64,000 bases of DNA, taken from an uncultured Pseudomonadota bacterium (GTDB lineage: Bacteria; Pseudomonadota; Alphaproteobacteria; RF32; CAG-239). The notes beneath the pieces were generated by a model. The model worked only from the letters and a program-made list of their open reading frames with translations. It did no database searches and had not been told where the DNA came from. The translations under genes were made by a program, and so were the position numbers. The stretch covers positions 4,766-68,765 of the forward strand of contig CASEZG010000009.1 in assembly GCA_949292375.1 (NCBI GenBank), given 5' to 3'. Below are positions 7,995-17,290 of this stretch, piece after piece. The number at the start of each line of letters is the position of its first letter. Position 1 is the stretch's first letter.

Positions 7995-9863
7995 GTGATG
8001 AAAGCAGGTAGAAGTATTATTGTCTGGCTGGTTGCCATTGTCTTGTTGACCTCTTTGATGAATATGTTTGGAGAGGGGGCTTCGCGTGGAGCTGCTGAAA
8101 ATTTGGCCTTTTCCGATTTTATGAAAGATGTTGAAAACAAGCGTGTCAGCGAAGTTGTTATTACCGGCCCCGAAATCTCCGGTGTTTATGTCGACGGGCA
8201 CAAGTTTTATACTTATGCACCGGAAGACCCCTCTATGGTTGAAACATTGCGCAACAGTGGTGTGAAGGTTACGGCTAAGCCGGAAGGAAGTGCTTCAAGC
8301 ACGTTTTGGGGTGTTTTTGTTTCATGGTTCCCGATGATTTTGTTAATCGGCGTATGGGTTTATTTCATGCGCCAAGCAAGCTCAGGCAACAATAAAGCCA
8401 TGAGTTTCGGAAAATCTCGTGCAAGGCTGATTGAAAACACCAAAAAAGTTACTTTTGCCGATGTTGCCGGTGCTGATGAATCTAAGCAGGAATTGGAAGA
8501 AGTTATTGACTTCTTGAAAGACCCGACAAAGTTTCAGCGTTTGGGCGGCAAAATTCCGAAGGGTGTTTTGTTGGTCGGCCCTCCGGGTACAGGTAAGACG
8601 TTGCTTGCAAAAGCAGTGGCAGGAGAAGCCAATGTGCCGTTTTTCTCAATTTCGGGTTCTGATTTTGTGGAGATGTTTGTCGGTGTGGGTGCTTCACGCG
8701 TGCGTGATATGTTTGCTCAAGCCAAAAAGAACGCTCCTTGCTTGTTGTTCATCGACGAAATTGACGCTGTCGGTCGACATCGTGGTGCCGGTTTGGGCGG
8801 CGGCAATGATGAACGCGAGCAAACCTTAAACCAGTTGTTGGTTGAGATGGATGGTTTTGAGCCGAATGAAAATGTCATCTTAATTGCGGCAACCAACCGT
8901 CCCGATGTTTTAGATCCTGCTTTGTTGCGTCCGGGGCGTTTTGACCGTCAGGTTACGGTTACAAACCCAGACATCAAAGGTCGTGAGGATATCTTAAAGG
9001 TTCATACCCGCAAAGTGCCTTTGGCCAAAGATGTTGACCTTTCGGTTATTGCCAGAGGAACGCCGGGGTTCTCGGGCGCGGATTTGGCGAATCTGGTTAA
9101 TGAGGCGGCTTTGTTGGCGGCACGCAAGAACAAAAACAAAGTTACTTCCAAAGATTTTGATGATGCCAAAGATAAGGTCTTGATGGGTAATGAGCGTCGG
9201 TCTATGGCTATGGATGAGGCTGAGAAAAAACTTACGGCTTATCATGAGGCAGGACATGCGATTTGTTCGCTTTATGTGCCTGATACGGACCCTATCCACA
9301 AAGCAACGATTATTCCTCGCGGACGTGCTTTGGGTATGGTTCAGCAGTTGCCGGAAAAAGACCAATATTCATACTCTCGGTCCAAGATGTTGTCTCGTCT
9401 GATTATTCTGATGGGCGGACGTGTGGCCGAAGAAATGAAGTTTGGTTATGACAAGGTTACCTCCGGTGCGTCTTCCGATATTGCGGCAGCGACGAATCTG
9501 GCTCGCTCAATGGTTACCGAATGGGGTATGAGCGATAAGCTTGGTCCGGTGCTTTATGCCGAAAATTCGGGCGAAGTTTTCCTTGGAAAGTCGGTTACGC
9601 AGAACAAAAATATGAGCGAAGATACCGCACGTTTGGTCGATGCCGAAATTAAGCGTTTGGTTACCGAAAGTTATGAAGGTGCTCAGAAATTGTTGAAGGA
9701 AAAGAACAAGGAATGGGAAACTTTGGCTCAGGCTTTGATGGAATATGAAACTTTGACCGGCGATGAAATTAAGCAGGTTTTATCCGGCGAAAAAGTTGAT
9801 AAGTCCAAAGAAAGTCCGGTAAGAGAAGATAAAAGAACGCATGCTTCCGTTCCGGAAATCTGA
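7995..9863 (+). CDS. ftsH: ATP-dependent zinc metalloprotease FtsH
   Basis: Two TM segments, Walker [12 protein letters not shown] region, and zinc motif HEAGHA. Confidence 0.97.
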   Translation: MMKAGRSIIVWLVAIVLLTSLMNMFGEGASRGAAENLAFSDFMKDVENKRVSEVVITGPEISGVYVDGHKFYTYAPEDPSMVETLRNSGVKVTAKPEGSASSTFWGVFVSWFPMILLIGVWVYFMRQASSGNNKAMSFGKSRARLIENTKKVTFADVAGADESKQELEEVIDFLKDPTKFQRLGGKIPKGVLLVGPPGTGKTLLAKAVAGEANVPFFSISGSDFVEMFVGVGASRVRDMFAQAKKNAPCLLFIDEIDAVGRHRGAGLGGGNDEREQTLNQLLVEMDGFEPNENVILIAATNRPDVLDPALLRPGRFDRQVTVTNPDIKGREDILKVHTRKVPLAKDVDLSVIARGTPGFSGADLANLVNEAALLAARKNKNKVTSKDFDDAKDKVLMGNERRSMAMDEAEKKLTAYHEAGHAICSLYVPDTDPIHKATIIPRGRALGMVQQLPEKDQYSYSRSKMLSRLIILMGGRVAEEMKFGYDKVTSGASSDIAAATNLARSMVTEWGMSDKLGPVLYAENSGEVFLGKSVTQNKNMSEDTARLVDAEIKRLVTESYEGAQKLLKEKNKEWETLAQALMEYETLTGDEIKQVLSGEKVDKSKESPVREDKRTHASVPEI

Positions 9864-9888
9864 TAAGATTTAATCTGTAACAAATATT

Positions 9889-9932
9889 AACAACACTTGA
9901 GGTGAATATCTGCTCTCAGGTGTTGTTTTTTT
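9889..9932 (+). terminator. rho-independent terminator
   Basis: aacaacacttgag / ctcaggtgttgtt stem followed by T7. Confidence 0.75.
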
Positions 9933-9990
9933 ATGTTTGGGCTTTATGATAGGAGCATTGTAAAAATTTAGGCGAAAAGGATTGAAGAAA

Positions 9991-11361
9991 ATGGGCGCAA
10001 AATTATTCGGTACCGACGGCGTGCGTGGTAAGGCAAATATCTATCCGATGACTGCCGAGTTTGCTTTGAAGTTGGCAATGGCGGCCGGGCTTACAATCTG
10101 CACCAAGGAACGCAAGGTGGCTATCGGGCGAGATACGAGATTGTCCGGTGAGATGTTGGAAGCGGCGATGATTGCGGGCTTTAGTGCTGCCGGTGTTGAT
10201 GTGGTGCGCTTGGGTGTTTTGCCTACGCCTGCGGTTACGACGTTAACTCCGGATTTGAAGGTGGATATGTCGGTGATGATTACGGCTTCGCATAATCCGT
10301 GGCATGATAACGGGATTAAATTGATTGCTGCCGATGGTTCAAAATTTTCGGATGAGGTTACATCCAAGTTGGAAGAGATGATTGCCAAAGGAGAATTTGA
10401 GCTTGTACCCGAGAAAATCGGACGTACAACAACGGAAGAGACTTTGGTTAATAAATATATTGTACAAGCAATGTCGGTTGCGCCGGAAGGAAAGCCGCTG
10501 AAAGGTTTGCGTGTGGTTTTGGATTGTGCCAACGGTGTGTTCTCGGAGATTATGCCTAAAGTCTTTGTGGAACTCGGCGCAGGGGTTATTGCCATAGGCA
10601 ATCAGCCTGATGGTTGGAATATCAATAAGGATTGTGGTTCGCAGCATATTGAAAAAATGGTTGAAACGGTGCTCGGCGCACATGCGCAGCTTGGTATTGC
10701 GGTTGACGGCGATGGTGACAGAATCATTATTTGTGATGAAAAAGGCGCGCGTTTGGATGGTGACCAGGTAATTGCTTTTTTGGGCAAATATTTCAAAGAG
10801 AAAAACTTGTTAAAAGGCAATACGGTTGTGGCAACCATCGTTTCTAATCCGGCATTGGACAGATTTTTGAAGTCTGTCGGGGTTGAATGTGTACGCTCGG
10901 GTGTCGGAGAAAGATATGTTATTGATGAGATGAAAAAGCATGGTTCGAATGTCGGTGGTGAGGAATCGGGACATATGGTATTATCCGATTATGCCAAAAC
11001 CGGAGATTCAATGATTGCGGCCTTGGTGGTTAGCTTAGGCTTGATTGACAGCGGCAAAAAGATGAGCGAGATTTTTCCGCTTTTTGAGCCGATGTATAAA
11101 AAACGTGTCGATACGCGCTTTGCCAGCAAAGAAGAAATGTTGGAAGCCTTCGAATTGCCGGAGTTTAAAACAGCAATCACTGATGGTGAAAAAGCTATTG
11201 AAGGCAAAGGACGGGTTTTGGTCAGAAAGTCCGGTACAGAACCCAAAATTCAGGTTTGGGTTTGGGGTGATGACAAGGCTTTTGCCGATGATGTTAACCG
11301 GAAGATTTCTTCTGTTTTGGAAAAAGCCAAAGGTTTTGAATCTGTTAAGGTTATGCCTTAG
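9991..11361 (+). CDS. glmM: phosphoglucosamine mutase
   Basis: FGTDGVRG N-terminus, active-site TASHNP, DGDGDR Mg loop. ATG at 9991 is preferred over the TTG at 9982. Confidence 0.95.
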   Translation: MGAKLFGTDGVRGKANIYPMTAEFALKLAMAAGLTICTKERKVAIGRDTRLSGEMLEAAMIAGFSAAGVDVVRLGVLPTPAVTTLTPDLKVDMSVMITASHNPWHDNGIKLIAADGSKFSDEVTSKLEEMIAKGEFELVPEKIGRTTTEETLVNKYIVQAMSVAPEGKPLKGLRVVLDCANGVFSEIMPKVFVELGAGVIAIGNQPDGWNINKDCGSQHIEKMVETVLGAHAQLGIAVDGDGDRIIICDEKGARLDGDQVIAFLGKYFKEKNLLKGNTVVATIVSNPALDRFLKSVGVECVRSGVGERYVIDEMKKHGSNVGGEESGHMVLSDYAKTGDSMIAALVVSLGLIDSGKKMSEIFPLFEPMYKKRVDTRFASKEEMLEAFELPEFKTAITDGEKAIEGKGRVLVRKSGTEPKIQVWVWGDDKAFADDVNRKISSVLEKAKGFESVKVMP

Positions 11362-11446
11362 CCGTAGATGTTAAATGTTTTTTTACTTTATTCGCTTAGA
11401 GTAAATAATGAGCGGGATTTTATCCGCGTGGAAGTGAGGCAAAATT

Positions 11447-11650
11447 ATGAATAGTATGCGCTCAGGACTGGATTGGTCCAAAGATAAAACTTATCAGATT
11501 AAAAAACGTGGAAATTTGTCTTTGTTGGCAACGGCGACATTTAAAAACGGCAATTTTGTCAGCAGTGGTTCGCGTTGTGTTTGGCCGACTTCTTTGGAGA
11601 GCAGAGATTCCAAAATTATCTCTCGCCGAGTATGGAGTAAGGCTCTGTGA
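11447..11650 (+). CDS. hypothetical small protein (67 aa)
   Basis: ORF only, with a weak RBS and no motif. Confidence 0.3.
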   Translation: MNSMRSGLDWSKDKTYQIKKRGNLSLLATATFKNGNFVSSGSRCVWPTSLESRDSKIISRRVWSKAL

Positions 11651-11661
11651 TTAAAGGAATT

Positions 11662-11967
11662 ATGTCGCTTTTTACTTCGGGTTTGATTTTTAATCCGATG
11701 GTTTTGTTAGGTATTTTGCTCGGAATTTGTTGTTATATCTATTTAACAGCCGAACAAATGACAGATTTGTTCTTTGATTATCGCTTTTATCTGTTGGGGT
11801 TTTTATTGGCTTTTTTATATAATTTTATATTCAAAAAAGTTTATAAAGAAGGCGGATATGAGCTGGATGTTTCGGCAACGATGCTTAATGTGGTCGGCTC
11901 AGCTTTCAAGTTCTTTTTATCCAGTGTTTTGATGATTTCATTTATTTCAATGATTAGTTTAACATAA
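11662..11967 (+). CDS. hypothetical membrane protein (~101 aa)
   Basis: AAGGA RBS before the ATG at 11662. Three predicted hydrophobic helices. Confidence 0.5.
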   Translation: MSLFTSGLIFNPMVLLGILLGICCYIYLTAEQMTDLFFDYRFYLLGFLLAFLYNFIFKKVYKEGGYELDVSATMLNVVGSAFKFFLSSVLMISFISMISLT

Positions 11968-12006
11968 ACAAAAAATCCGAAGAAGTTATATCTTCGGATT
12001 TTTTTT
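11968..12006. terminator. bidirectional rho-independent terminator
   Basis: aaaaaatccgaag..cttcggatttttttt, with A- and T-runs on both sides, between convergent ORFs. Confidence 0.8.
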
Positions 12007-12025
12007 GAGCATTTTGCAACAATTG

Positions 12026-12202
12026 TTAAATTGTAATATCCACATTGTGGCCGTTTGTGGCCGAAGGAGCAACAATTCTGCTGTCATCACCGAGCAGAAC
12101 CTCAATAACTTCCTGCTGCATCTCAACCGCATTTTTTATCAGCGACATTTGCATCTGCTGAACGGATAAGGCGTAGGAACTTAAAGCACCTAATTCAGAC
12201 AT
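12026..12202 (-). CDS. YjfB-like putative motility protein (58 aa; below the ORF-track cutoff)
   Basis: Minus strand has GGGAGA RBS then ATG. Translation: MSELGALSSYALSVQQMQMSLIKNAVEMQQEVIEVLLGDDSRIVAPSATNGHNVDITI. The Q-rich core plus the G-H-x-(I/V)-D-I tail resemble the YjfB_motility family. Confidence 0.6.
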   Translation of the reverse strand: MSELGALSSYALSVQQMQMSLIKNAVEMQQEVIEVLLGDDSRIVAPSATNGHNVDITI

Positions 12203-12349
12203 TTGTTTTCTCCCTAATAACAGAGGTTATTATAACACAAAATCTTTAAGTTTTCATTAAAAATTTTTGATGGAAAATCTGAAAATTATTTGATTTTCGG
12301 ATGATTTGACTTATAAATCTTTTATAGGTTTATTTAACAGAAGAAGAGA

Positions 12350-14164
12350 TTGAAAAAAGTGGTTGATATTAAGCACGGTTTGGAAGTTTTGCGCAAAAAT
12401 ATTAAAATTGCGCCAGAGAAACCCGGTGTGTATCGGATGCTCGGTGAAAATGATAAGGTTTTGTATGTGGGCAAGGCCAAAAATATTAAGAAAAGAATCG
12501 TGGCTTATTCGCATATTGATAAACTTCCGGTGCGTTTGCAACGTATGGTTTCCGAAATTAAGCGGATGGAGTTTATTATCGTTGAAAACGAGGCTAAAGC
12601 TCTTTTGATGGAAAATGAGCTGATTAAGAAACTCGAGCCGCGTTATAATATTTTGCTTAAAGATGACAAGACTTTCCCCCATTTGGTGATTGATGTGCAA
12701 TCGGAATTTCCGAGCTTGCGCAAATATCGTGGCAAAAGGCATGATAAAAGCAAATATTTCGGTCCTTTTGCCAGTGTGTTGGCAGTTAATTCAACACTTG
12801 ATATCGTGCAAAAAGCTTTTTTGCTCAGAACTTGCCGTGACAGTGTGTTTAAGCATCGGGACAGACCTTGTTTGATGTATCAAATCAAGCGATGTTCCGC
12901 GCCTTGTGTGGGCAAAGTTTCGCCTGAAGAATATCGGCGTTTGGTGCGCGAAGCGGTTGATTTTTTGGAAGGGAAAAACTCTAAAATTCAAGAAGAATTA
13001 TCGCAAAAAATGCAGGAAGCCAGCGATGAGCAGAATTATGAACTGGCGATGGTTTTGCGCGATCGTATTCGGGCATTGACGAATATTCAGCATGGCAACC
13101 AAGTGGAATATGCCGATATTAAATCCGCAGATATTATTGCTCTGGCACGCAAAGGTGATTTGGTTTGTATTCAGGTGTTTTTTGTGCGTTCGGGACAGAA
13201 CTGTGGTAATGTGCCGTATTTTCCGAAGCAAACCGAGGAAGCAACAGATGCAGAGGTTTTGGAAGCATTTTTGAGTAGTTTTTATACCAGACATATTCCG
13301 CCTAAAGAAATTATTCTCTCCGAAGAACTTGAAAATAAAGAGTTTTTGGAAGATGCAACGGGAGCAAAAATCAACACTTATCAGAAAGGCAATAAGGCAA
13401 AGTTGGCAAATAATGCTAAAGAAAATGCGGTTGCTTCCATTGATCGCAAAATTGCCGAAGAAGCTTCGGTTAAAAGCAATTTGGAAGAGTTTGTCAAAAT
13501 CTTTGGTTTGCCGCATATTCCGAAACGCATTGAAATCTACGATAACTCGCATATTCAAGGTAGCTATGCCATCGGGGCGATGGTTGTGGCAACCCCGGAC
13601 GGATTTGATAAGAAACAATACAGAACTTTTAATATCAAAAATCAAGATATCACTAATGATGACTTTGCGATGATGAAAGAGGTTTTGACCAGAAGATTTG
13701 AGCGGATGACGCCGGAAAATAAGCCTGATGTTATTTTGCTCGATGGCGGTTTGGGACAGCTGCACGCCGTGCACGAATCCTTAAAAGATTATGACTTGTC
13801 TGGGATTGCGATTATTGCTATATCCAAAGGCCCAGAGCGGAATGCGGGTAAGGAGTTTTACCATATGGTCGGGCGGGAAAGTTTTGCTTTACCTTTCCAA
13901 TCTCCGATAGCTTTTTATATGCAAAATCTGCGTGATGAGGCGCATCGTTTTGCTATTGGCACGCACCGCAAGCATCGTGCAAAATCTATTTCAAAATCAC
14001 GCTTGGATGAGGTGGAAGGAATCGGTGCGCGTCGTAAGAAAGATTTGTTGAACTATTTTGGTTCGGTGGAAGAAATTTCGCAAGCCTCGCTCAAGGATTT
14101 GGAAAAAGTTGAGGGTATCAGCAAAAAAACGGCGGAAAAGATTTTTAATTACTTCCACAAATAA
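12350..14164 (+). CDS. uvrC: excinuclease ABC subunit C
   Basis: GIY-YIG N-terminus (GVYRMLGENDKVLYVGKAKNIKKR), UvrBC-interaction region, RNase H-like endonuclease domain, C-terminal (HhH)2. Confidence 0.95.
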   Translation: MKKVVDIKHGLEVLRKNIKIAPEKPGVYRMLGENDKVLYVGKAKNIKKRIVAYSHIDKLPVRLQRMVSEIKRMEFIIVENEAKALLMENELIKKLEPRYNILLKDDKTFPHLVIDVQSEFPSLRKYRGKRHDKSKYFGPFASVLAVNSTLDIVQKAFLLRTCRDSVFKHRDRPCLMYQIKRCSAPCVGKVSPEEYRRLVREAVDFLEGKNSKIQEELSQKMQEASDEQNYELAMVLRDRIRALTNIQHGNQVEYADIKSADIIALARKGDLVCIQVFFVRSGQNCGNVPYFPKQTEEATDAEVLEAFLSSFYTRHIPPKEIILSEELENKEFLEDATGAKINTYQKGNKAKLANNAKENAVASIDRKIAEEASVKSNLEEFVKIFGLPHIPKRIEIYDNSHIQGSYAIGAMVVATPDGFDKKQYRTFNIKNQDITNDDFAMMKEVLTRRFERMTPENKPDVILLDGGLGQLHAVHESLKDYDLSGIAIIAISKGPERNAGKEFYHMVGRESFALPFQSPIAFYMQNLRDEAHRFAIGTHRKHRAKSISKSRLDEVEGIGARRKKDLLNYFGSVEEISQASLKDLEKVEGISKKTAEKIFNYFHK

Positions 14165-14224
14165 AAAAACTGTCTTATTATGAGGAAAAATTTACCAATT
14201 TATTTTTATAAAAGGACATAAAAA

Positions 14225-14914
14225 GTGTATAGCTTACCTAATATTTTGACCATTTCTCGCATTGTGGTTATTCCGGTTATCTTTATGATGGTTTATATTC
14301 AGGCTTCCGTTTGGCAATTGCTGGCGGCGGTGCTGTTTATTGTTGCTTCCATAACCGATTATTTAGACGGCTATTTGGCGCGTGCCCGTAACGAAACTTC
14401 TGCTTTCGGTCGTCTGCTTGATCCAATTGCCGATAAGCTTTTGGTTACGTCTGCTTTGGTGGTGATTTTGGCTGTGCCGGGAATGGTGGTTTGTAAGTTG
14501 AGTTATATTCCCGTAATTGTTATTTTGTGCCGAGAGATTTTGGTATCCGGCTTACGTGAGTTTTTGATGGAAGTTAAAGTTGGTATGCCGGTTACACGTT
14601 TGGCTAAATGGAAGACGGGCTTCCAGATGACGGCTTTGTCTATGATGTTGTTGAAGGGTTTTTGGTTGTGGGGTGGAATCGGTGAGATTTTGCTTTGGAT
14701 TGCCGGCGTTTTGACCTTTATTACCGGTTATCAATATTTTCAAAAAAGCCTTGATTATGTTAAGAAAATTGAAAAGGAAAGTAAGGCAGAAAAAAAGAAC
14801 AAAGTCGTTGCTGAAAACAAAAAAACAGCAGAAGTAAAGGTTTCTGCTAAGAAAAAAGCAGCTACGGCAAAGAAGACTGCTCCTAAAAAATCGGCTAAAA
14901 AAGCTAAGAAATAA
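14225..14914 (+). CDS. pgsA: CDP-diacylglycerol--glycerol-3-phosphate 3-phosphatidyltransferase with Lys/Ala-rich C-terminal tail
   Basis: CDP-alcohol phosphatidyltransferase motif DYLDGYLAR...GRLLDPIADK. About 50-aa tail: KKIEKESKAEKKNK...KKKAATAKKTAPKKSAKKAKK. Confidence 0.9.
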   Translation: MYSLPNILTISRIVVIPVIFMMVYIQASVWQLLAAVLFIVASITDYLDGYLARARNETSAFGRLLDPIADKLLVTSALVVILAVPGMVVCKLSYIPVIVILCREILVSGLREFLMEVKVGMPVTRLAKWKTGFQMTALSMMLLKGFWLWGGIGEILLWIAGVLTFITGYQYFQKSLDYVKKIEKESKAEKKNKVVAENKKTAEVKVSAKKKAATAKKTAPKKSAKKAKK

Positions 14915-14928
14915 ATTGGTTTCCGGCC

Positions 14929-15618
14929 ATGAATAAGGATAAAACACATATTCTGGTCGTTGATGATGATACCCGCTTGCGTGCGCTTTTGCAGAGGTTT
15001 TTGCGCGAAAGCGGGTTTTATGTTTCTGCAGCAAAAGACGCTTTTGAAGCAAGGGAAAGGCTTAAAGAATATAAATTTGACCTGCTGATTGTGGATGTTA
15101 TGATGCCAAATGAAAGTGGTTTGGAATTTTTGCAAAAATTTCGGATGGAAAGTAATTTGCCGGTTATTATGTTGACCGCTATGGGAGAAACAGCAGACAG
15201 AATTAGCGGGCTTTCAGCCGGAGCGGATGATTATTTACCGAAGCCTTTTGAACCTTTAGAACTTGTTTTGCGCATTAAAAATATTTTGAAAAGGACGCCG
15301 CAAGCAAATGATGAGGCTAAATCTCAAATGGATTTGGGGCTTTGTGTCTATGATTTGAATAAAAAAGAACTCTATACAAAACAAGGTCAAGTTATTCATA
15401 TTACGCCGGTAGAGCAGATGTTGCTTGGTATTTTGGGGCAAAAGTCAGGACAGATTTTTACACGCGAAAAATTAGCCGAAATGTTGGGAGCAGGGCAGAG
15501 CCCGCGTTCTATTGATGTGCAAATAACTCGTTTGCGCAAAAAGATTGAAAAAGATTCAAAAAATCCGCGTTATCTTCAGACCGTTCGCGGCAAGGGATAT
15601 ATGTTGCTGCCTGAGTAA
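14929..15618 (+). CDS. OmpR-family response regulator
   Basis: Receiver domain (ILVVDDD, DLLIVDVMMP) plus a winged-helix output domain (ITRLRKKIE..., LQTVRGKGY). Confidence 0.9.
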   Translation: MNKDKTHILVVDDDTRLRALLQRFLRESGFYVSAAKDAFEARERLKEYKFDLLIVDVMMPNESGLEFLQKFRMESNLPVIMLTAMGETADRISGLSAGADDYLPKPFEPLELVLRIKNILKRTPQANDEAKSQMDLGLCVYDLNKKELYTKQGQVIHITPVEQMLLGILGQKSGQIFTREKLAEMLGAGQSPRSIDVQITRLRKKIEKDSKNPRYLQTVRGKGYMLLPE

Positions 15619-15714
15619 TGTTGCGTTTTTGTAACTCTTTGTTAATTTATTTTACTAGAATTTATTTTTCATTGGTTTAATATCAAGGCAGTTATTGACT
15701 TTAGGAGAAAATAT

Positions 15715-17073
15715 ATGCATTTGACTTTTCCGGAAAAGGTGGACAATGGTTTGAGGTATTTGAAACTTAAACTTTTGCCAAAGTCTTTGTTCTTTAGAAC
15801 TATGTTACTTATCTTTATTCCGTTGATTGTGGTACAAGTTGTATCTATTGTTGCTTTTTTTGATGGAAGCTGGGGGCGCGTTGGCAAGAGATTGTCTTCG
15901 AATCTGACTTCAGATATGGCTTTTATGATGCAATTGGTGGAAAAATCTCCGGACAAACTTTCTGAAATTCAGAAGTTGAGCCGTTCTCTTTTTGATATTG
16001 ATTTGAAATATTTTGATAATGATGAAAAACATACGGTCTTAAATAAAACAAGCAGAAACAACAAACTTGTTACCGGTTTTTTGGAAGATTCTTTGCGTAG
16101 AGAATTTCCTGATGCTATCAGCAGCATTTATATGGGAAAAGGCGATTATGATATGATGGTCTTTGTTGATACTGAAAATGGGTTGTTTCAATTTACGACA
16201 TCATCAAAGAATATTTTCTCGTCTTCTATTTTTGGCTTTGTAGCATGGATGGTTGGAACTTCCTTGTTGTTGTTTTTGGTTGCTGTTTTGTTCTTGCGTA
16301 TTCAGGCGCGCTCTATTGCAGAGTTAGCCAGAGTTGCGGAAGATTTTGGTAAGGGAATTGATAATAAGGATTTTAAACCTGTCGGGTCTATTGAGGTTCG
16401 TCGTGCGGGTATTGCTTTTATAAAAATGAAAGAACGTATTCAGCGGCAAATCAGTGAGCGTACGCAAATGTTGGCCGGTGTTTCGCATGATTTGCGTACA
16501 CCTTTGACCAGAATGAAGTTGCAGTCAACCATGATGAAGGAAGGTCAGGAGAAGGAAGATTTTCTGAGTGATATTTCTGAAATGGAAAAAATGTTGGATG
16601 GTTATTTGTCTTTTGTCAGCGGGGAAGGCGGAGAAAAATCTACATTTGTGGATATGAATGAGTTGTTGTTGAGTATTATTAATAAGTTTAGAAATACAAA
16701 GGCGCTTATTCGTTATTCTACCAACGATCAGGTTAGTGCTATTCAGGGACGTGAACAGTCTTTGAAGAGGGCTTTGACAAATATTATTTCTAACGCTTTT
16801 GATTATGGAAATACTGTAGCTGTTAGTTTGGAAAGTAATAATAATAAATTGGAAATTGCTGTCGATGATGATGGTCCAGGTATTCCGGCAGACAAAAGAG
16901 AAGATGTTTTTAAGGCATTTTATCGTTTGGAAGGTTCCAGAAATAAAGAAACCGGAGGTGTTGGATTGGGCCTTTCAATTGCCAAAGATATTATAACTTC
17001 ACACGGGGGCAAGATAGAGTTGCTCGATAGTCCGATAGGAGGCTTGAGGGTTCTCGTCAGTATTCCCTTATAG
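15715..17073 (+). CDS. EnvZ-like sensor histidine kinase
   Basis: AGGAG RBS, two TM segments, HAMP, H-box GVSHDLRTPLTRM, N box NAFDYG, G boxes DDDGPGIP and GGVGLGLSI. Confidence 0.9.
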   Translation: MHLTFPEKVDNGLRYLKLKLLPKSLFFRTMLLIFIPLIVVQVVSIVAFFDGSWGRVGKRLSSNLTSDMAFMMQLVEKSPDKLSEIQKLSRSLFDIDLKYFDNDEKHTVLNKTSRNNKLVTGFLEDSLRREFPDAISSIYMGKGDYDMMVFVDTENGLFQFTTSSKNIFSSSIFGFVAWMVGTSLLLFLVAVLFLRIQARSIAELARVAEDFGKGIDNKDFKPVGSIEVRRAGIAFIKMKERIQRQISERTQMLAGVSHDLRTPLTRMKLQSTMMKEGQEKEDFLSDISEMEKMLDGYLSFVSGEGGEKSTFVDMNELLLSIINKFRNTKALIRYSTNDQVSAIQGREQSLKRALTNIISNAFDYGNTVAVSLESNNNKLEIAVDDDGPGIPADKREDVFKAFYRLEGSRNKETGGVGLGLSIAKDIITSHGGKIELLDSPIGGLRVLVSIPL

Positions 17074-17186
17074 CGGCCATATTCGACGTTATACTTTCAA
17101 TAAGGTTTACGTCAGTCCTTATGTTAAAATAGCAAACGACTGAGGTATTCCGAAAGGTCGGAGTGGTGGTAGGTTATTATGTTTGC

Positions 17187-17223
17187 AAAAAAAAAAACGG
17201 CAGTGTTCTCTGCCGTTTTTTTT
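17187..17223. terminator. bidirectional rho-independent terminator
   Basis: A11, then cggcag..tctgccg, then T9. Confidence 0.75.
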
Positions 17224-17290
17224 GTTAAAGGCATTTTAACATATGTGTATTAAAATCTTGTCAAAATGCAATTTTTACAGGTGAAGTGTT

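Noticed and set aside
12998-13774. 258-aa minus-strand ORF inside uvrC. Similar long antisense ORFs occur in glmM (10041..10601), nrdD (33749..34228), motE/DUF6468 (43375..43995), the pilin-like gene (49103..49591) and uvrB (39753..40190).
   Set aside because: Each lies entirely within a gene that has strong motif support on the other strand. The products are low-complexity with no motifs.
14552-15135. Two overlapping minus-strand ORFs (166 and 126 aa) across the pgsA tail and the response-regulator start.
   Set aside because: They are antisense to two well-supported genes. The AAG/AAA-rich pgsA tail produces F/L-rich antisense frames free of stops.
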